The notes: a model not told the origin generated them from the letters alone. Shown: positions 27,411-38,433, numbered from the stretch's first letter. The stretch is 64,000 nucleotides of DNA from Chloroflexota bacterium (GCA_019873625.1 JAIOAW010000007.1:13596-77595), one strand, 5' to 3'. Numbers and translations: made by a program.

Positions 27411-29078
27411 TTAGCGCCCCGCTACGATGGAGGCGACGTCCTCCTCCACCGATTGGATGGGGCGCAGATCAAACGTCTTGACGAGCGCCTCGACGATGCC
27501 CGGCGCGAGAAAGGCGGGCAACGTCGGCCCCAAACGGATGCGCTTGACTCCAAGCGAAAGGAGCGCCAAGAGCACAATGACCGCCTTCTGTTCGTACCAG
27601 GCGATATCGTAGGCGATGGGCAAATCGTTGATGCTCTGGGCGCCCAGGGCCTCGGCCAGTTTCATCGCGATGACCACTAGGGAGTAGGAATCGTTGCACT
27701 GGCCGGCATCGAGCACCCTGGGCAGGCCGCCGAGGGTGCCCAGGCCCAGTTTGTTGTAGCGATATTTCGCACAGCCGGCCGTGAGGATGATGGTATCGGC
27801 CGGTAGGGCCTTGGCCACCTCGGTATAGTACTCGCGCGAGCGCATACGGCCATCGCAGCCGGCCATCACCACAAAACGTTTGATGGCCCCGGCCTTGATC
27901 GCCTCGATGATTTGGCTAGCCCGGCTCAGAACGGATTCATGGGCATAGCCGATGGGCAGCGTGCCGCTTTCGAGGGGCTGCGGGCTTGGGCACTGGAGGG
28001 CCTTTTCGATGATCGGCGAAAAATCCTTGGGGGCCTCTCCAAGGCGGTCGGGGATGTGCGGCACGCCGGGCCAACTCACCACGCCCGTCGTGAACAGGCG
28101 CCCAATGTAACTGGGCCTCGGCGGGATGAGGCAGTTCGTCGTCATCAAAATGGGGCCGTTGAACTTTTCGAACTGTTCCCCTTGCTGCCACCAGGCCCCG
28201 CCATAGTTGCCCACCAGGTGCTCGTACTTTTTGAGGGCCGGGTAGGCATGCGCCGGGAGCATCTCGCCGTGGGTGTAGATGTTGATGCCCTTCCCCTTGG
28301 TCTGCTCCAAGAGTTCGTGCAGGTCTCGCAAATCATGCCCGCTCACGAGGATGCCCGGCCCCGGTTTGACGCCCAAATAAACCTCCGTCGGCTCGGGGTG
28401 GCCGTAAGTGGCCGTGTTCGCCCGGTCGAGGAGGGCCATCGTGCGCACACCCATCTCGCCGGTACGCTGGACCCAGGCCATAAGGTCCTCCGCCGTGAGC
28501 GAGTCATCCGTAATGGCAGCGAGCGCCTCTTGGATGAACGTCATAACGGCCTCATCGCGGTAGCCGAGCACCAGGGCGTGGTCGGCATAGGCGGCCATCC
28601 CCTTGAGGCCGAACTGGATGAGGTGCCGCAGAGAACGCACCTCGGCAGGGAGGGCGGCCGGTTCGAGAAGGCCCACCGAACGGCTCACGGCCAACCAGCC
28701 CTCGAGCGTATCTGCCTCCGGCTTGAACGTCGCTTCAAGGGGCAGCCGTTCGGGCAGAGCGCCGGCCCGAGCCAACCACTCCCGCAGGGCCTCGCGGAGG
28801 GCATAGGCGCGGCGCACGAGGGCCAGCATCGTCTCCGGGTCAAAGTTCACGTTCGTGATGGTCGTGAACAACCCCTCGAGGAGGAATCGGTCCACGTCCG
28901 CATCGGGGGCCTCTGCCGGCAGGCCGCGCGCGGCGAGGCGATAAACGGAGATGCCCTTCAGGAGGGCCATAAGGGCATCTTGCAGGTTGGCCACAGGCTC
29001 CTCTTTGCCGCACACCCCGCGCACGGTGCACCCTTGGCCGCGCGCCGTCTCTTGGCACTGATAACAGAACATACCCAT
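27411..29078 (-). CDS. hcp: hydroxylamine reductase / hybrid-cluster protein
   Basis: [25 protein letters not shown] is the N-terminal Cys cluster. 555 aa of Hcp family. Confidence 0.85.
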   Translation of the reverse strand: MGMFCYQCQETARGQGCTVRGVCGKEEPVANLQDALMALLKGISVYRLAARGLPAEAPDADVDRFLLEGLFTTITNVNFDPETMLALVRRAYALREALREWLARAGALPERLPLEATFKPEADTLEGWLAVSRSVGLLEPAALPAEVRSLRHLIQFGLKGMAAYADHALVLGYRDEAVMTFIQEALAAITDDSLTAEDLMAWVQRTGEMGVRTMALLDRANTATYGHPEPTEVYLGVKPGPGILVSGHDLRDLHELLEQTKGKGINIYTHGEMLPAHAYPALKKYEHLVGNYGGAWWQQGEQFEKFNGPILMTTNCLIPPRPSYIGRLFTTGVVSWPGVPHIPDRLGEAPKDFSPIIEKALQCPSPQPLESGTLPIGYAHESVLSRASQIIEAIKAGAIKRFVVMAGCDGRMRSREYYTEVAKALPADTIILTAGCAKYRYNKLGLGTLGGLPRVLDAGQCNDSYSLVVIAMKLAEALGAQSINDLPIAYDIAWYEQKAVIVLLALLSLGVKRIRLGPTLPAFLAPGIVEALVKTFDLRPIQSVEEDVASIVAGR

Positions 29079-29164
29079 CGTTTCGCTCCTTTCTCACTTT
29101 ATCTTGCCACTTATTTTAGCAGGGTGAAAGGCCCCGCGATGTGATTTTTGTTCCATAAGCGGCT

Positions 29165-29193
29165 TTGACTTTTATCCTTACATTTCCTATACT
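29165..29193 (+). promoter_or_regulatory. sigma-70 promoter of gap (TTGACT-17-TATACT)
   Basis: TTGACT at 29165-29170, a 17-nt spacer, then TATACT at 29188-29193. The 5' UTR of roughly 105 nt follows. Confidence 0.5.
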
Positions 29194-29304
29194 CTGGAGG
29201 GTGGCCGGCGGCCGTATGCTCCTGCACGAGCGCCGAAAGAAGGCAAAGGTTGCCTGGCAAGGAATCTCGGCTTGGTGACAACGAACAACAGAAAGGAGTT
29301 CTCT

Positions 29305-30318
29305 ATGGCGATCAAGGTAGGTATCAACGGGTTTGGGCGTATTGGCCGGCAGACGTTCAAGGCGATTGTCTCCAACTATGCCGATCAGATTGACGTCGTC
29401 GCCATCAACGACGTATTCCCGCCGGCCTCGTTCGATCTGCTCCTGCGGTATGACTCGATTTACGGCCACTTTGACGGGACGGTCGCCGTCAAGGAAGATG
29501 GCCTCGTGGTGAACGGCAAGGAGATCAAGTTCTTTGCCAAGCGCAACCCGAGCGAGATCCCTTGGGGGGATTTCGGTGTGGATGTGGTCGTCGAATCCAC
29601 CGGCCTCTTTACCGATCGCGAGGCGGCGGCCCAGCACCTGACGGCGGGCGCGAAGAAGGTCATCATCAGCGCCCCGGCCAAGGGCGAGGATATCACCATC
29701 GTGATGGGCGTGAACGAGCAGGATTACGATCCTGCCAAGCACACCATCATCTCGAACGCCTCCTGCACCACGAACTGCTTGGCCCCGGCGGCCAAAGTGG
29801 TGCACGATCGGTGGGGGATCGTTCGCGGTTTGATGACCACCGTCCATGCCTATACCTCCGATCAGCGCCTGCACGATATGCCCCACCGCGACCTGCGGCG
29901 GGCGCGCGCGGCGGCGTTGAGCATCGTGCCCACCTCCACGGGTGCGGCCAGGGCCTTGGCGCTGGTTATCCCCGACCTCAAAGGCAAGTTTGACGGCCTC
30001 GCTTTGCGAGTGCCCGTGCCCACGGTCTCTATCGTGGATTTCGTGGCCGATGTGCAAAAGCCGCTCACGCTCCCCGAACTCATTGCCGCCTTTGAAGAAG
30101 CCGCCGCAGGGCCTATGAAGGGCATCCTCGGCGTCTCCAAAGAGCCGCTCGTCTCGGCCGATTTCATCCGCGATACGCGTTCCAGCATCATTGACGCAGA
30201 TTCGTGCATGGTGCTGAACGGCACGATGGTGAAGGTGGTCTCTTGGTACGATAACGAATGGGGCTACTCGAACCGCGTAGCCGACCTCATCGTGTATATG
30301 GGGCAGAAGGGCTTCTAA
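29305..30318 (+). CDS. gap: type I glyceraldehyde-3-phosphate dehydrogenase
   Basis: [16 protein letters not shown], the active site [10 protein letters not shown]. The ATG at 29305 is preceded by GAAAGGAG. Confidence 0.9.
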   Translation: MAIKVGINGFGRIGRQTFKAIVSNYADQIDVVAINDVFPPASFDLLLRYDSIYGHFDGTVAVKEDGLVVNGKEIKFFAKRNPSEIPWGDFGVDVVVESTGLFTDREAAAQHLTAGAKKVIISAPAKGEDITIVMGVNEQDYDPAKHTIISNASCTTNCLAPAAKVVHDRWGIVRGLMTTVHAYTSDQRLHDMPHRDLRRARAAALSIVPTSTGAARALALVIPDLKGKFDGLALRVPVPTVSIVDFVADVQKPLTLPELIAAFEEAAAGPMKGILGVSKEPLVSADFIRDTRSSIIDADSCMVLNGTMVKVVSWYDNEWGYSNRVADLIVYMGQKGF

Positions 30319-30335
30319 GGCCCTGAGGAAAGCGC

Positions 30336-30376
30336 GAGGAGCCGGCAAGATTCCCTGCCGGCTCCTCGTCCTTTTA
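30336..30376. terminator. bidirectional terminator between gap and the FemAB-family gene
   Basis: Perfect 12-bp stem GAGGAGCCGGCA/TGCCGGCTCCTC with an 8-nt loop, followed by CTTTT. Confidence 0.55.
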
Positions 30377-31423
30377 GGCCCCTTGAGGGGGCGCGCCCGG
30401 GCGTGCCCGCCGCCAGGCCCAGGCGCGCCGAAGCGCCCAGGCGAGGGGCGGCATATCGTCTCGATCATAAGCCCCCGCGAACGAGACGATCTCCCCCCCG
30501 AACCCCGCTTTGAAGCGTTCGACGCCGCTCAGGCTCTCCGCAGGGTCGCCCCGATCGGTGATGCCCCACAGGTCGTAGGTGTGGCAGCCAGAGGCCTTGG
30601 CCCACTGCATGGCTCGCCACTGGAGTTGGTGGTTGGGCATATATTCACGGTAAGCGTCGCTAGAGGCGCCGTACATATAGATGGCCTGGCCGTTGAAGGC
30701 GTAGGCCAAAAGGGCGGCCAGGGTTTCTCCCTCGTATTCGGCGAGGAAGAGCCGCGCCCGCCCTTGGGGGGCAAAGAGCGCCCAGGCGCGTTCGTAATAG
30801 GCCGCGCTGTGAATGGCAAAGCCATCTCGCTGGCCCGTGAGGCGCATCAGGCGGTAAAAGGTCGGCAAGTCTTTGGCCCCTCCCTGGCGGACGGTAACCC
30901 CTTTGCGCATCGAGAGGCGGATGTTATAGCGCCATTTGGGCTTCATCCGCGCCAGGATCTCCTCTTCGCTTGGGCGCAGGTCTACGAAGATGGTGCGGCG
31001 AGGCTGAATGCGCTCGGCGCTGGGCGCAAACCCCGCGCCAAGGAGCCAGCGCCGTTCGGCCTCCTCTTCTTCGCGCCAGGGGGGTTCTACCTTAAGGCTG
31101 ATGGCGCGCATCCGCCGCGAAAGGCGGTGGATGCCCTGCCACAGGCGCTCGACGATCATCCCTTCTTCTTCGAGGAATACCGGCCCTTTGGGGATGTACC
31201 CCACCGTGCAAGGCCCCAAGCGGCGGTAGAGCACCTGCGCGCCGGCCACCAGGGCGCCATCGCGCGCCACGGCCACTCGCGTGGGCACCCATCCAAAGGC
31301 CCCTTTGAGTTCGCCCCAGGCAAAGGTCTGCAGTAAGTGGCCCCTGGGGTCGGCGGCCACGAAGGCATCCCACACTTCGGCGGAGGGAAAACCTCGTTGA
31401 GTGGAATAGAGCGTTTGAATCAT
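30374..31423 (-). CDS. FemAB-family protein (peptidoglycan interpeptide-bridge aminoacyltransferase-like)
   Basis: 349 aa with the FemABX-family layout (GNAT-like repeats; ...KPKWRYNIR...GASSDAYREYMPNHQLQW). Confidence 0.6.
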   Translation of the reverse strand: MIQTLYSTQRGFPSAEVWDAFVAADPRGHLLQTFAWGELKGAFGWVPTRVAVARDGALVAGAQVLYRRLGPCTVGYIPKGPVFLEEEGMIVERLWQGIHRLSRRMRAISLKVEPPWREEEEAERRWLLGAGFAPSAERIQPRRTIFVDLRPSEEEILARMKPKWRYNIRLSMRKGVTVRQGGAKDLPTFYRLMRLTGQRDGFAIHSAAYYERAWALFAPQGRARLFLAEYEGETLAALLAYAFNGQAIYMYGASSDAYREYMPNHQLQWRAMQWAKASGCHTYDLWGITDRGDPAESLSGVERFKAGFGGEIVSFAGAYDRDDMPPLAWALRRAWAWRRARPGAPPQGA

Positions 31424-31580
31424 CGTCCTGTGCCCCCTCGGGCGGCATTATACCACAATGCGCAGGTCGCTAGAGGCCGATTTGCCAACTTTTTTGACAT
31501 AGCCCTTCCCTTTGGGCTATGATGATTTCGACGGATGGCGCCTTGGGGTGTTGGCCCCGTTCAGGCACAAGGAGATGACG

Positions 31581-32279
31581 ATGAAGAGAGGCTACTGGTT
31601 CTTGGCGATGATGGCCGGCATCGCGGTGTTGAGCCTTGTGGGGTGCCAGCAAGTATCTCAGGAGTGGGCGCGGCTCACCCGGCGCCCAACACCCATCACC
31701 GTGGATACGCCCCTGCCCAGCCCAACGCCCAGCCCCACGAGCACGCCCACGTTGGGGGCGACGTGGACCCCCGTGCCATCCGGCGCGCCGCTCCTCGGTT
31801 TGGGAACGGCGACCGCCACGCCCATCGTAACGGCCACGCCAACGCCCGTGCCGCTGGAAGTCTCTTGTGCGGCCCTGTGGGATATCTATCCCAGCGGCGA
31901 GGCGTTGATCAGCGAGTGGCTGATGTGGTCGGCTACCGATCCCCCTTCGCCCGCCGAACACAAGGCCAAACTCGACGCCCTCGTGGCCCGATGGACCCAA
32001 TACGAAGAGCGCCTTGAAGGGGTGCCGGTCGCGAGCGACACCCAAGCCGTTTATGAGGCCTTCAAGGCCGCGGCGGAAAAGTGGATTCTCTCTTTTACCA
32101 ATGCCTCGAATATGCTCGCCACGCTGAACCCTTGCTGTGCGGACGAGGCCCTCGCCCTAGAAGGGGAGGCCCGCGATTTGTGGAACCAGGCGTATGGTCG
32201 CTTGACCTCCGTATGCGCCTTTTGCGTGAGCGCGCGGCCTTCGCCGACGGTTACGCCGACCTTGACGCCCACTCCCTGA
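31581..32279 (+). CDS. lipoprotein with Pro/Thr/Ser-rich linkers; function unknown
   Basis: MKRGYWFLAMMAGIAVLSLVGC is a lipobox. PT-rich low-complexity segments occur at both ends. AAGGAG is upstream, and an alternative ATG lies at 31575. Confidence 0.45.
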   Translation: MKRGYWFLAMMAGIAVLSLVGCQQVSQEWARLTRRPTPITVDTPLPSPTPSPTSTPTLGATWTPVPSGAPLLGLGTATATPIVTATPTPVPLEVSCAALWDIYPSGEALISEWLMWSATDPPSPAEHKAKLDALVARWTQYEERLEGVPVASDTQAVYEAFKAAAEKWILSFTNASNMLATLNPCCADEALALEGEARDLWNQAYGRLTSVCAFCVSARPSPTVTPTLTPTP

Positions 32280-32377
32280 CCCTTAGGGGTTACACGAAGT
32301 ACGCCTTGGCTTTGGCCAGGGGCAAAAGAGCTGTGGCGCGGGGCTACAGCTCTTTATCATCATCGGAGTTTTAGACG

Positions 32378-34237
32378 ATGAGCGAAAGGCAGGCACCCTC
32401 GAGGCGCCCCATAATGCGCCGGGTGCGGCGCTTGGGGTGGTCTCGGGTGAATTTGCGGACGCAACTTCTCGTCTCCACCGCTGTGCCGATGATCCTTCTC
32501 TTGGTGGCCCTGGCGGTGGTCAGCGTGTTTGCCTTTACGCGCATCACGCAAACGCTCATCGAGCAGCGCGATGCCGAACTCGTGCAACTCGCCGCCCAGC
32601 AGGTCTCTTCGCACCTGAGCGATTCGGTCCTCCTTTTGGCGCAGGTGGCTTCGGCGAATGAGGTGCGCAGCGGCGATCTCCCCACGGCGCGCGCCTTGCT
32701 GGAGGCCAACGTGGCCTTGCGCCAGCGCTTCGATGCCCTAAGCATTACCGATGCGCAAGGGGTCGTCCTTCTCTCGCTGGGGGGCGTGGAAGGGGAAGAC
32801 CTCGGCAAATACGCGTTCTTTGAGCGCGCGCGGCAGTTTCGCCGGCCGGTGCGCTCCGCCGTCTATACCGATGCCCTCGGGCGGAGGGTGGTGGCCGTGG
32901 CGGTGCCCGTTTTCGACCGCTTGAGGGGGTTTGCGGGGTGCGTGGTGGGCTTTTGGGCCTTGGGAGAGGGCGCCTTGGGCCTGCCCCTGCGCGGCGTGCG
33001 CGTGGGCGACCACGGCTTTGCTTACCTGGTGGATGAAACGGGGCGCATTCTCTACCACCCCTCGGCGGAGATGATCGGCGCGGACGCGCACCGCCACCCC
33101 GCTGTGGCCGCCCTCCTCGAGGGGAAGGTGGGAGCGCAGACGGTGAACGACCGCGGCCTGACCACGGTCATTGGCTACGCGCCCTTGCCTTTGCGCGAAC
33201 GGGGCGGCTCGCTCCTCGCCGATGAATCGTGGGAGGGCTGGGGCCTGCTCACGGCAGAATATTGGGGCGATATCATTGCCCCCTTGCGCCCTTATCTCCT
33301 CCTGATGCTGGGGCTGCTCGTGCTTTTGGTGCTCTTGCCCATCGTCGTCCTGGCGATCAACAGTGGGCGCATCGCCGCACCCGTGCACAGCCTCGCCGCG
33401 CAGGTGGAGCGCGTGGCCTCCGGCGAGTTCGATACGCAGGTCTCCATCGGCGCCGGCCCCTCGGAGGTGCGCGATTTAGAAGAGGCCTTTAACAAGATGG
33501 TGGAGCAGTTGCGCCGCTACCGGGCGGATATCCAGCGCTATGTGGTGGCCATCCTCAACTCGCAAGAGCAGGAACGCAAACGCGTAGCGCGCGAACTGCA
33601 CGATGAGACGGCCCAGGCCCTGGTCGTCTTGGGCCGGCAAATCGAGATGGCCCAAGAGATGGCACGCGATCCGCGCTTGATTGCCCACCTCGAGCAGGTG
33701 CGCGACTTGGTGGATAGCACCTTGCAGGAGGTGCGCCGCTTTACGAGCGACCTACGCCCGCCCCTTTTGGAGGAACTGGGCCTGACGAAAACGCTGGAAA
33801 TTTTGGGGAGCCGCACGGCCCGCGAGGCCTCGCTCGAGGTGGACGTGCGCATCGTGGGGGAGCCGCGCCCCTTGCCCCCCGAGTTGGAACTGGGCCTCTA
33901 TCGCCTGGCGCAGGAGAGCCTGAGCAATGTGCGCCGCCACGCGGGGGCCTCTCACGTGGATGTTACGCTCACTTACGGCGAGGAGGCCGTGAAACTGGAG
34001 ATTCGCGATGACGGCGTGGGGTTCGAAGTGCCCTCTGACCCCGCCGAGATGATGCGCACGGGGCGGTTGGGCCTGATGGGGATGCACGAACGCGCCCGCC
34101 TGTTCGGGGGGCGGACGATTATCGAATCGCACCCCGGCGAGGGCACCACGGTTACCGTCATCATCCCGCTCTCAGCCGAAATCTTTTCGACCTTTGAGGC
34201 GGAAAGGGATGCGGCAGAACGGCCTCCCTCGGCATAG
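32378..34237 (+). CDS. sensor histidine kinase (NarL-partner type, HisKA_3) with periplasmic Cache-like sensor and HAMP
   Basis: Two TM segments flank a roughly 250-aa extracytoplasmic domain. The H-box is RVARELHDETAQAL. The C-terminal HATPase_c carries GxGxG (DDGVGF). Confidence 0.75.
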   Translation: MSERQAPSRRPIMRRVRRLGWSRVNLRTQLLVSTAVPMILLLVALAVVSVFAFTRITQTLIEQRDAELVQLAAQQVSSHLSDSVLLLAQVASANEVRSGDLPTARALLEANVALRQRFDALSITDAQGVVLLSLGGVEGEDLGKYAFFERARQFRRPVRSAVYTDALGRRVVAVAVPVFDRLRGFAGCVVGFWALGEGALGLPLRGVRVGDHGFAYLVDETGRILYHPSAEMIGADAHRHPAVAALLEGKVGAQTVNDRGLTTVIGYAPLPLRERGGSLLADESWEGWGLLTAEYWGDIIAPLRPYLLLMLGLLVLLVLLPIVVLAINSGRIAAPVHSLAAQVERVASGEFDTQVSIGAGPSEVRDLEEAFNKMVEQLRRYRADIQRYVVAILNSQEQERKRVARELHDETAQALVVLGRQIEMAQEMARDPRLIAHLEQVRDLVDSTLQEVRRFTSDLRPPLLEELGLTKTLEILGSRTAREASLEVDVRIVGEPRPLPPELELGLYRLAQESLSNVRRHAGASHVDVTLTYGEEAVKLEIRDDGVGFEVPSDPAEMMRTGRLGLMGMHERARLFGGRTIIESHPGEGTTVTVIIPLSAEIFSTFEAERDAAERPPSA

Positions 34238-34585
34238 GAACAGTGGGCCAAAGATAGGCAAAAATGCTTATTGCGTTTGTGTCATCTGGCGGATGCTCCT
34301 ATGAAGGGGATATGCTATATTGGGGGTGGATGCGGGGGAAGGGCTCAATTGACGACGTTGGGACCAGACGACCTTGGCATCTTGAGACGTTCGCTGTAGC
34401 CTTGTCCGGCGCGAGGCTCGGCACTTCTTCTCCTCCTTGGTAAGACGCCCCTCATCTGTCGTATGGGCAGCGGCAGATGGGGGGCGTCGAGTTTTTACCA
34501 TGCCCGCTTGTGCCCCGTTATGTGGCCCTCGTTTGAGCCGCCGGGCCATTCCATTATAATGATTGGGTAAGGGAGGGTGATTCCT

Positions 34586-35293
34586 GTGGGGGGTGTTGCG
34601 TCACCGAGAACGATGGGAGGCGAGGCCTCAGGAAGGATTCGTATCCTGCTGGCCGATGATCACCTCGTGGTGCGCGAGGGCACGCGGCAAATCATCGAAC
34701 GCGAGCCGGACCTCGTCGTGGTGGCAGAGGCCAACGACGGCCGCGAAGCGGTGGCCCTCGCCGAAAAGGAACGCCCCGATGTGGCCTTACTGGATATCAG
34801 TATGCCCGTGATGAACGGCATCGAGGCCACCAAGGCCATCAAGAAGGTCTGCCCCCGTACGGCGGTGCTTGTTTTTACGGCTTATGATTACGACGAATAC
34901 GTCTTTGCCATCTTGGAAGCGGGGGCGGCGGGGTACCTCCTCAAAAACGTGCGCGGCGGCGAGTTGATTGACGCCCTGCGCCGTGTGTACGCAGGCGAAT
35001 CGGTGCTTCACCCGGCTATCGCTAAAAAGGTGGTCAGCCGCGTGGCCGCGAGCGCCAGCGGCGAAGAGGCCCCCGGTCGCGAGGTCCTTACCGAGCGCGA
35101 ACTGGAAGTGCTCCGTTTGGCCGCGCAGGGCTTGAGCAACCGCCAAATCGCCGAGCGGTTGGTGGTTAGCCCGCGCACCGTGCAATCGCATATGGCGAAC
35201 ATCTTTGGCAAACTCCAGGTGGGCTCCCGCACAGAGGCCGTTACCCTGGCCCTGCGCCGGCGGTGGATTTCGCTCAAGGATATCTCTCCGTGA
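34586..35293 (+). CDS. response regulator, NarL/FixJ (LuxR-type HTH) family
   Basis: The receiver domain (ILLADDHLVVREG...LDISMPVMNG) is followed by the LuxR HTH (LTERELEVLRLAAQGLSNRQIAERL). The likely GTG start at 34586 lies 9 nt after the SD GGGAGG. An alternative ATG is at 34613. Confidence 0.8.
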   Translation: MGGVASPRTMGGEASGRIRILLADDHLVVREGTRQIIEREPDLVVVAEANDGREAVALAEKERPDVALLDISMPVMNGIEATKAIKKVCPRTAVLVFTAYDYDEYVFAILEAGAAGYLLKNVRGGELIDALRRVYAGESVLHPAIAKKVVSRVAASASGEEAPGREVLTERELEVLRLAAQGLSNRQIAERLVVSPRTVQSHMANIFGKLQVGSRTEAVTLALRRRWISLKDISP

Positions 35294-35393
35294 GCCAGTC
35301 GGCTTCTGCGATGCTGCTTCCCCTCAGTTCCCCTTATATAAGGTTGGGTGAAACTCCTTTGCCCCGGGCGTGTTATCTTATCAAGAGGCCTTT

Positions 35394-35951
35394 ATGAGCG
35401 ACTGCGACGACCGAGCCTTGATTGAGGCGGCTCAAAAAGACCCTCTAGCCTTCGGCGCCCTATATGAGCGCTATGTGGACCGCATTTATAACTATATCTT
35501 TCACCGTGTGGGGAACGTGTACGACGCCGAGGACCTCACGTCGCGCACCTTCTTCCGCGCCCTTTCGCACCTGGCGGATTATCAAGACCAGGGGTACCCT
35601 TTTTCAGCCTGGCTGTATCGGATCGCCCACAACCTGGTGGCCAACTGGCACCGAGACCGTTCGCGGCGGCCCGTCATCGCGCTCGATGAGATCGTGGCGC
35701 GGAGCCTTTCGGAACAGCACCCGGAGGTGGTAACCGAGGCACGCGCGACGATGCGCCTCCTGCGCGAGATCATCCGCACGCTGGACCCCGTGCGCCAGGA
35801 ACTGCTCGTGCTCAAGTTCGCCGAGGGCCTCTCGAACGCGGAAATCGGCAAGATCCTGGGGCGCAGCGAGGGGGCCATCAAGTCGTTGTATCACCGCACA
35901 CTGCTCCAATTGCGAGAAGAGATGGAAAAAAGGGAGCGAGGAGAACGATAA
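35394..35951 (+). CDS. ECF-type RNA polymerase sigma factor (sigma-70 family, group 4)
   Basis: Sigma region 2 (YNYIFHRV...AEDLTSRTF) and region 4 (LLVLKFAEGLSNAEIGKILGRSEGAIKSLYHRTL). The ATG at 35394 lies after AAGAGG. Confidence 0.75.
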   Translation: MSDCDDRALIEAAQKDPLAFGALYERYVDRIYNYIFHRVGNVYDAEDLTSRTFFRALSHLADYQDQGYPFSAWLYRIAHNLVANWHRDRSRRPVIALDEIVARSLSEQHPEVVTEARATMRLLREIIRTLDPVRQELLVLKFAEGLSNAEIGKILGRSEGAIKSLYHRTLLQLREEMEKRERGER

Positions 35952-36311
35952 ATGAGGATCCAACGGGGCATCCTAGAACGCTTTTCGGGCCTGGAGGAAC
36001 GGTTCGTGGGCTATCGAGAGCGCCTTCTGCGGCGCTTTGCCAAGCGCTCGCCGGCGCCGGAGCACGTGGCCGAGGTGGAGACGGCTGTGGGGCAGGCGCT
36101 AGCGCCCGTGCGCACGCCGCCGGACTTTCGGCGCTACCTGGGCCAGAATTTGGCGCTCGCGGCCTGGCGCAAAGGAGCGGGGTTGGAGGTGGAGCGCTTT
36201 CGCCCGCCCCGTTTCTGGCTCGCGGTGGTGGCCATTTCGGCGGGGGTTTTGGCGACGATCGCCACCCTTCTTATCGCCTTGCGCGTCCGCTCCAACTCGG
36301 TGCACGAATAG
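35952..36311 (+). CDS. putative anti-sigma factor (small, C-terminally membrane-anchored)
   Basis: 119 aa. Its start abuts the sigma gene stop. The C-terminal TM helix is WLAVVAISAGVLATIATLLIAL. Assigned by position. Confidence 0.4.
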   Translation: MRIQRGILERFSGLEERFVGYRERLLRRFAKRSPAPEHVAEVETAVGQALAPVRTPPDFRRYLGQNLALAAWRKGAGLEVERFRPPRFWLAVVAISAGVLATIATLLIALRVRSNSVHE

Positions 36312-36335
36312 CGCCCGAATCATTCGCCTAAAATG

Positions 36336-36370
36336 ACAAGCCCGGCGCGATGCGCGCCGGGCTTGTGTTT
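36336..36370. terminator. bidirectional rho-independent terminator (sigma operon / opp operon)
   Basis: Perfect 13-bp stem CAAGCCCGGCGCG/CGCGCCGGGCTTG with a 3-nt loop, followed by TGTTTT. Confidence 0.55.
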
Positions 36371-36387
36371 TGGCAAGAGGTAGAAGG

Positions 36388-37398
36388 CTACTCGGAGGTC
36401 AGCCCCAATTCCCGATCTACCCGATGGCAGGCCACCCAGTGATCTCCGCCCACGTCTCGCCAGATGGGGTCTACCGAATCGCATATCGGCAGTTTGACGG
36501 GGCAACGCGTAGAAAAATGACAGCCCTTCGGCGGGTTGGCGGGGCTGGGCACATCTCCCGTGAGGATGATGCGCTTGCGGCGCGCCTCCACGGCCGGGTC
36601 TGGGATGGGCACGGCCGAGAGGAGGGCCTGCGTATAGGGGTGCAAGGGGTTTTCATACAGCGTGGCGCGGTCGGCCAATTCCACCAATTTGCCCAGGTAC
36701 ATCACGGCCACGCGGTTCGAAATGTGCCGCACCACCGAAAGGTCGTGGGCGATAAAGAGATAGGTCAGCGAGAAGCGCTCTTGCAGTTCTTCCAAGAGGT
36801 TGATGATCTGCGCCTGGATGGAGACATCCAGCGCGGAGATGGGTTCATCGCAGACGATGAATTCGGGCTGAACGGCCAGCGCCCGTGCCACGCCGATGCG
36901 CTGACGCTGGCCGCCGGAGAATTCGTGCGGATAGCGGTTCACAAAGTAGGGGTTCAGCCCTACGATTTCGAGGAGTTCCATCACCCGCGCACGGCGTTCT
37001 TTGGGTGAGAGGAGGTTGTGTACCTCCAGCGGTTCGCCGACGATATTCCCCACCGTCATACGCGGGTTCAGAGAGGCATACGGGTCTTGGAAGATCATCT
37101 GCATCCGCCGGCGCATACGGCGCAGGCTCTCGCCCTTCATCGTGGTGAGGTTCTGGCCATCAAAATACACCTCACCGGCCGTGGGGCGGTAGAGTTGCAG
37201 GATGGCGCGGCCTGCCGTGGATTTGCCACAGCCACTTTCGCCCACCAGGCCCAGGGTTTCGCCCCGGCGGATAGTGAAACTGATGCCATCCACCGCCTTG
37301 ATATCCCCAATATGCCGCTGGATGACGATGCCGCGGGTGATGGGGAAGTACATCTTGAGGTTTCGTACCTCAACGAGCGTCTGCGTCGAATCGCTCAT
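36388..37398 (-). CDS. oppF: oligopeptide/dipeptide ABC transporter ATP-binding protein (OppF/DppF type)
   Basis: Walker [10 protein letters not shown], signature [15 protein letters not shown], and the C-terminal oligopeptide-type extension. Confidence 0.85.
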   Translation of the reverse strand: MSDSTQTLVEVRNLKMYFPITRGIVIQRHIGDIKAVDGISFTIRRGETLGLVGESGCGKSTAGRAILQLYRPTAGEVYFDGQNLTTMKGESLRRMRRRMQMIFQDPYASLNPRMTVGNIVGEPLEVHNLLSPKERRARVMELLEIVGLNPYFVNRYPHEFSGGQRQRIGVARALAVQPEFIVCDEPISALDVSIQAQIINLLEELQERFSLTYLFIAHDLSVVRHISNRVAVMYLGKLVELADRATLYENPLHPYTQALLSAVPIPDPAVEARRKRIILTGDVPSPANPPKGCHFSTRCPVKLPICDSVDPIWRDVGGDHWVACHRVDRELGLTSE

Positions 37399-38393
37399 GC
37401 GCGGATCTCCTCTCGTTGTGTAACATCTACCCAGCAGGCCACCTCATGGCCATCTTGCCCATCCACGGCGTGCAAGGCGGGGTTTTCATCCAGGCACCGG
37501 GGCACGCGGTAACTGCAACGCGGGTAGAACGGGCACCCCAAAGGCAAGGTAATGAGGTCAGGGGGCAGGCCCTCGATGGGGGTGAGTTTTTCGCGCGTGC
37601 GCGCGTCGAGGCGCGGCAAGGAACGCAGCAGCCCTAGCGTGTAGGGGTGCCGCGGGTTGGCATACAAATCGTGCACATTGGCCCGCTCGACGATATAGCC
37701 CGCGTACATCACCTGAACGCGATGCGCCAGCCCCGCCACGATGCCCAGGTCGTGCGTAATCCAGATGATGGCCATACCCAATTCGCGCCGCAACTCTTTG
37801 ACGAGGTCCACGATTTGCGCCTGGATGGTCACATCGAGCGCGGTGGTTGGCTCGTCCGCAATGAGCACTTTGGGATTGCACGAGAGCGCCATGGCGATCA
37901 TCACGCGTTGGCGCATCCCCCCCGAAAACTGGTGCGGATAATCGTTCACGCGAGATTCGGCCTCGGGGATGTGCACCAGACGCAACAGTTCGATGGTGCG
38001 CTGGCGCGCCTCTTCTTTGGTCATATTGAGGTGCAATTCCAGCGCCTCCGAAATCTGCTGGCCGATGGTCAGCACGGGGTTGAGGGAGGTCATCGGGTCC
38101 TGAAAGATCATCGCGATCTTGTTGCCCCGAATTTTGCGGATCTCGTTCTGGTCGAGTTTCAGGAGATCTCGCCCCTCAAAGAGCACCTCTCCCCCCACGA
38201 TGCGGCCGGGCGGTTCGGGGATGAGGCGGAGGATGGAGAGCATACTCACGCTCTTGCCGCAGCCGCTCTCTCCCACCACGCCCAAGGTCTCGCCCTCGTT
38301 CAGGTCAAACGACACGCCATTTACGGCATGGACGACCCCATCTTGCGTGTCAAAGATGGTGGTCAGCCCGCGTACTTGAAGTAAAGGGGCCAT
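37395..38393 (-). CDS. oppD: oligopeptide/dipeptide ABC transporter ATP-binding protein (OppD/DppD type)
   Basis: Walker [10 protein letters not shown], signature [15 protein letters not shown], and C-terminal Cys motifs (CPFYPRC). Confidence 0.85.
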   Translation of the reverse strand: MAPLLQVRGLTTIFDTQDGVVHAVNGVSFDLNEGETLGVVGESGCGKSVSMLSILRLIPEPPGRIVGGEVLFEGRDLLKLDQNEIRKIRGNKIAMIFQDPMTSLNPVLTIGQQISEALELHLNMTKEEARQRTIELLRLVHIPEAESRVNDYPHQFSGGMRQRVMIAMALSCNPKVLIADEPTTALDVTIQAQIVDLVKELRRELGMAIIWITHDLGIVAGLAHRVQVMYAGYIVERANVHDLYANPRHPYTLGLLRSLPRLDARTREKLTPIEGLPPDLITLPLGCPFYPRCSYRVPRCLDENPALHAVDGQDGHEVACWVDVTQREEIRA

Positions 38394-38433
38394 CCTTATC
38401 TTCCTTCCTTACCACAGATCAGATGATTCCACT

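Noticed and set aside
27912-29144. 410-aa plus-strand ORF. Also 29116-30468 minus (450 aa), 38668-40341 plus (557 aa), 42440-44086 plus (548 aa), 62966-63709 minus (247 aa)
   Set aside because: Each is the antisense frame of a clearly identified gene (hcp, gap, SBP1, SBP2, the pentapeptide protein respectively). None has an RBS or recognisable domains.
34268-34549. 93-aa minus-strand ORF in the HK-RR intergenic gap
   Set aside because: It is highly basic (R/K-rich), has no SD and overlaps the predicted promoter and terminator elements. It is most likely non-coding.
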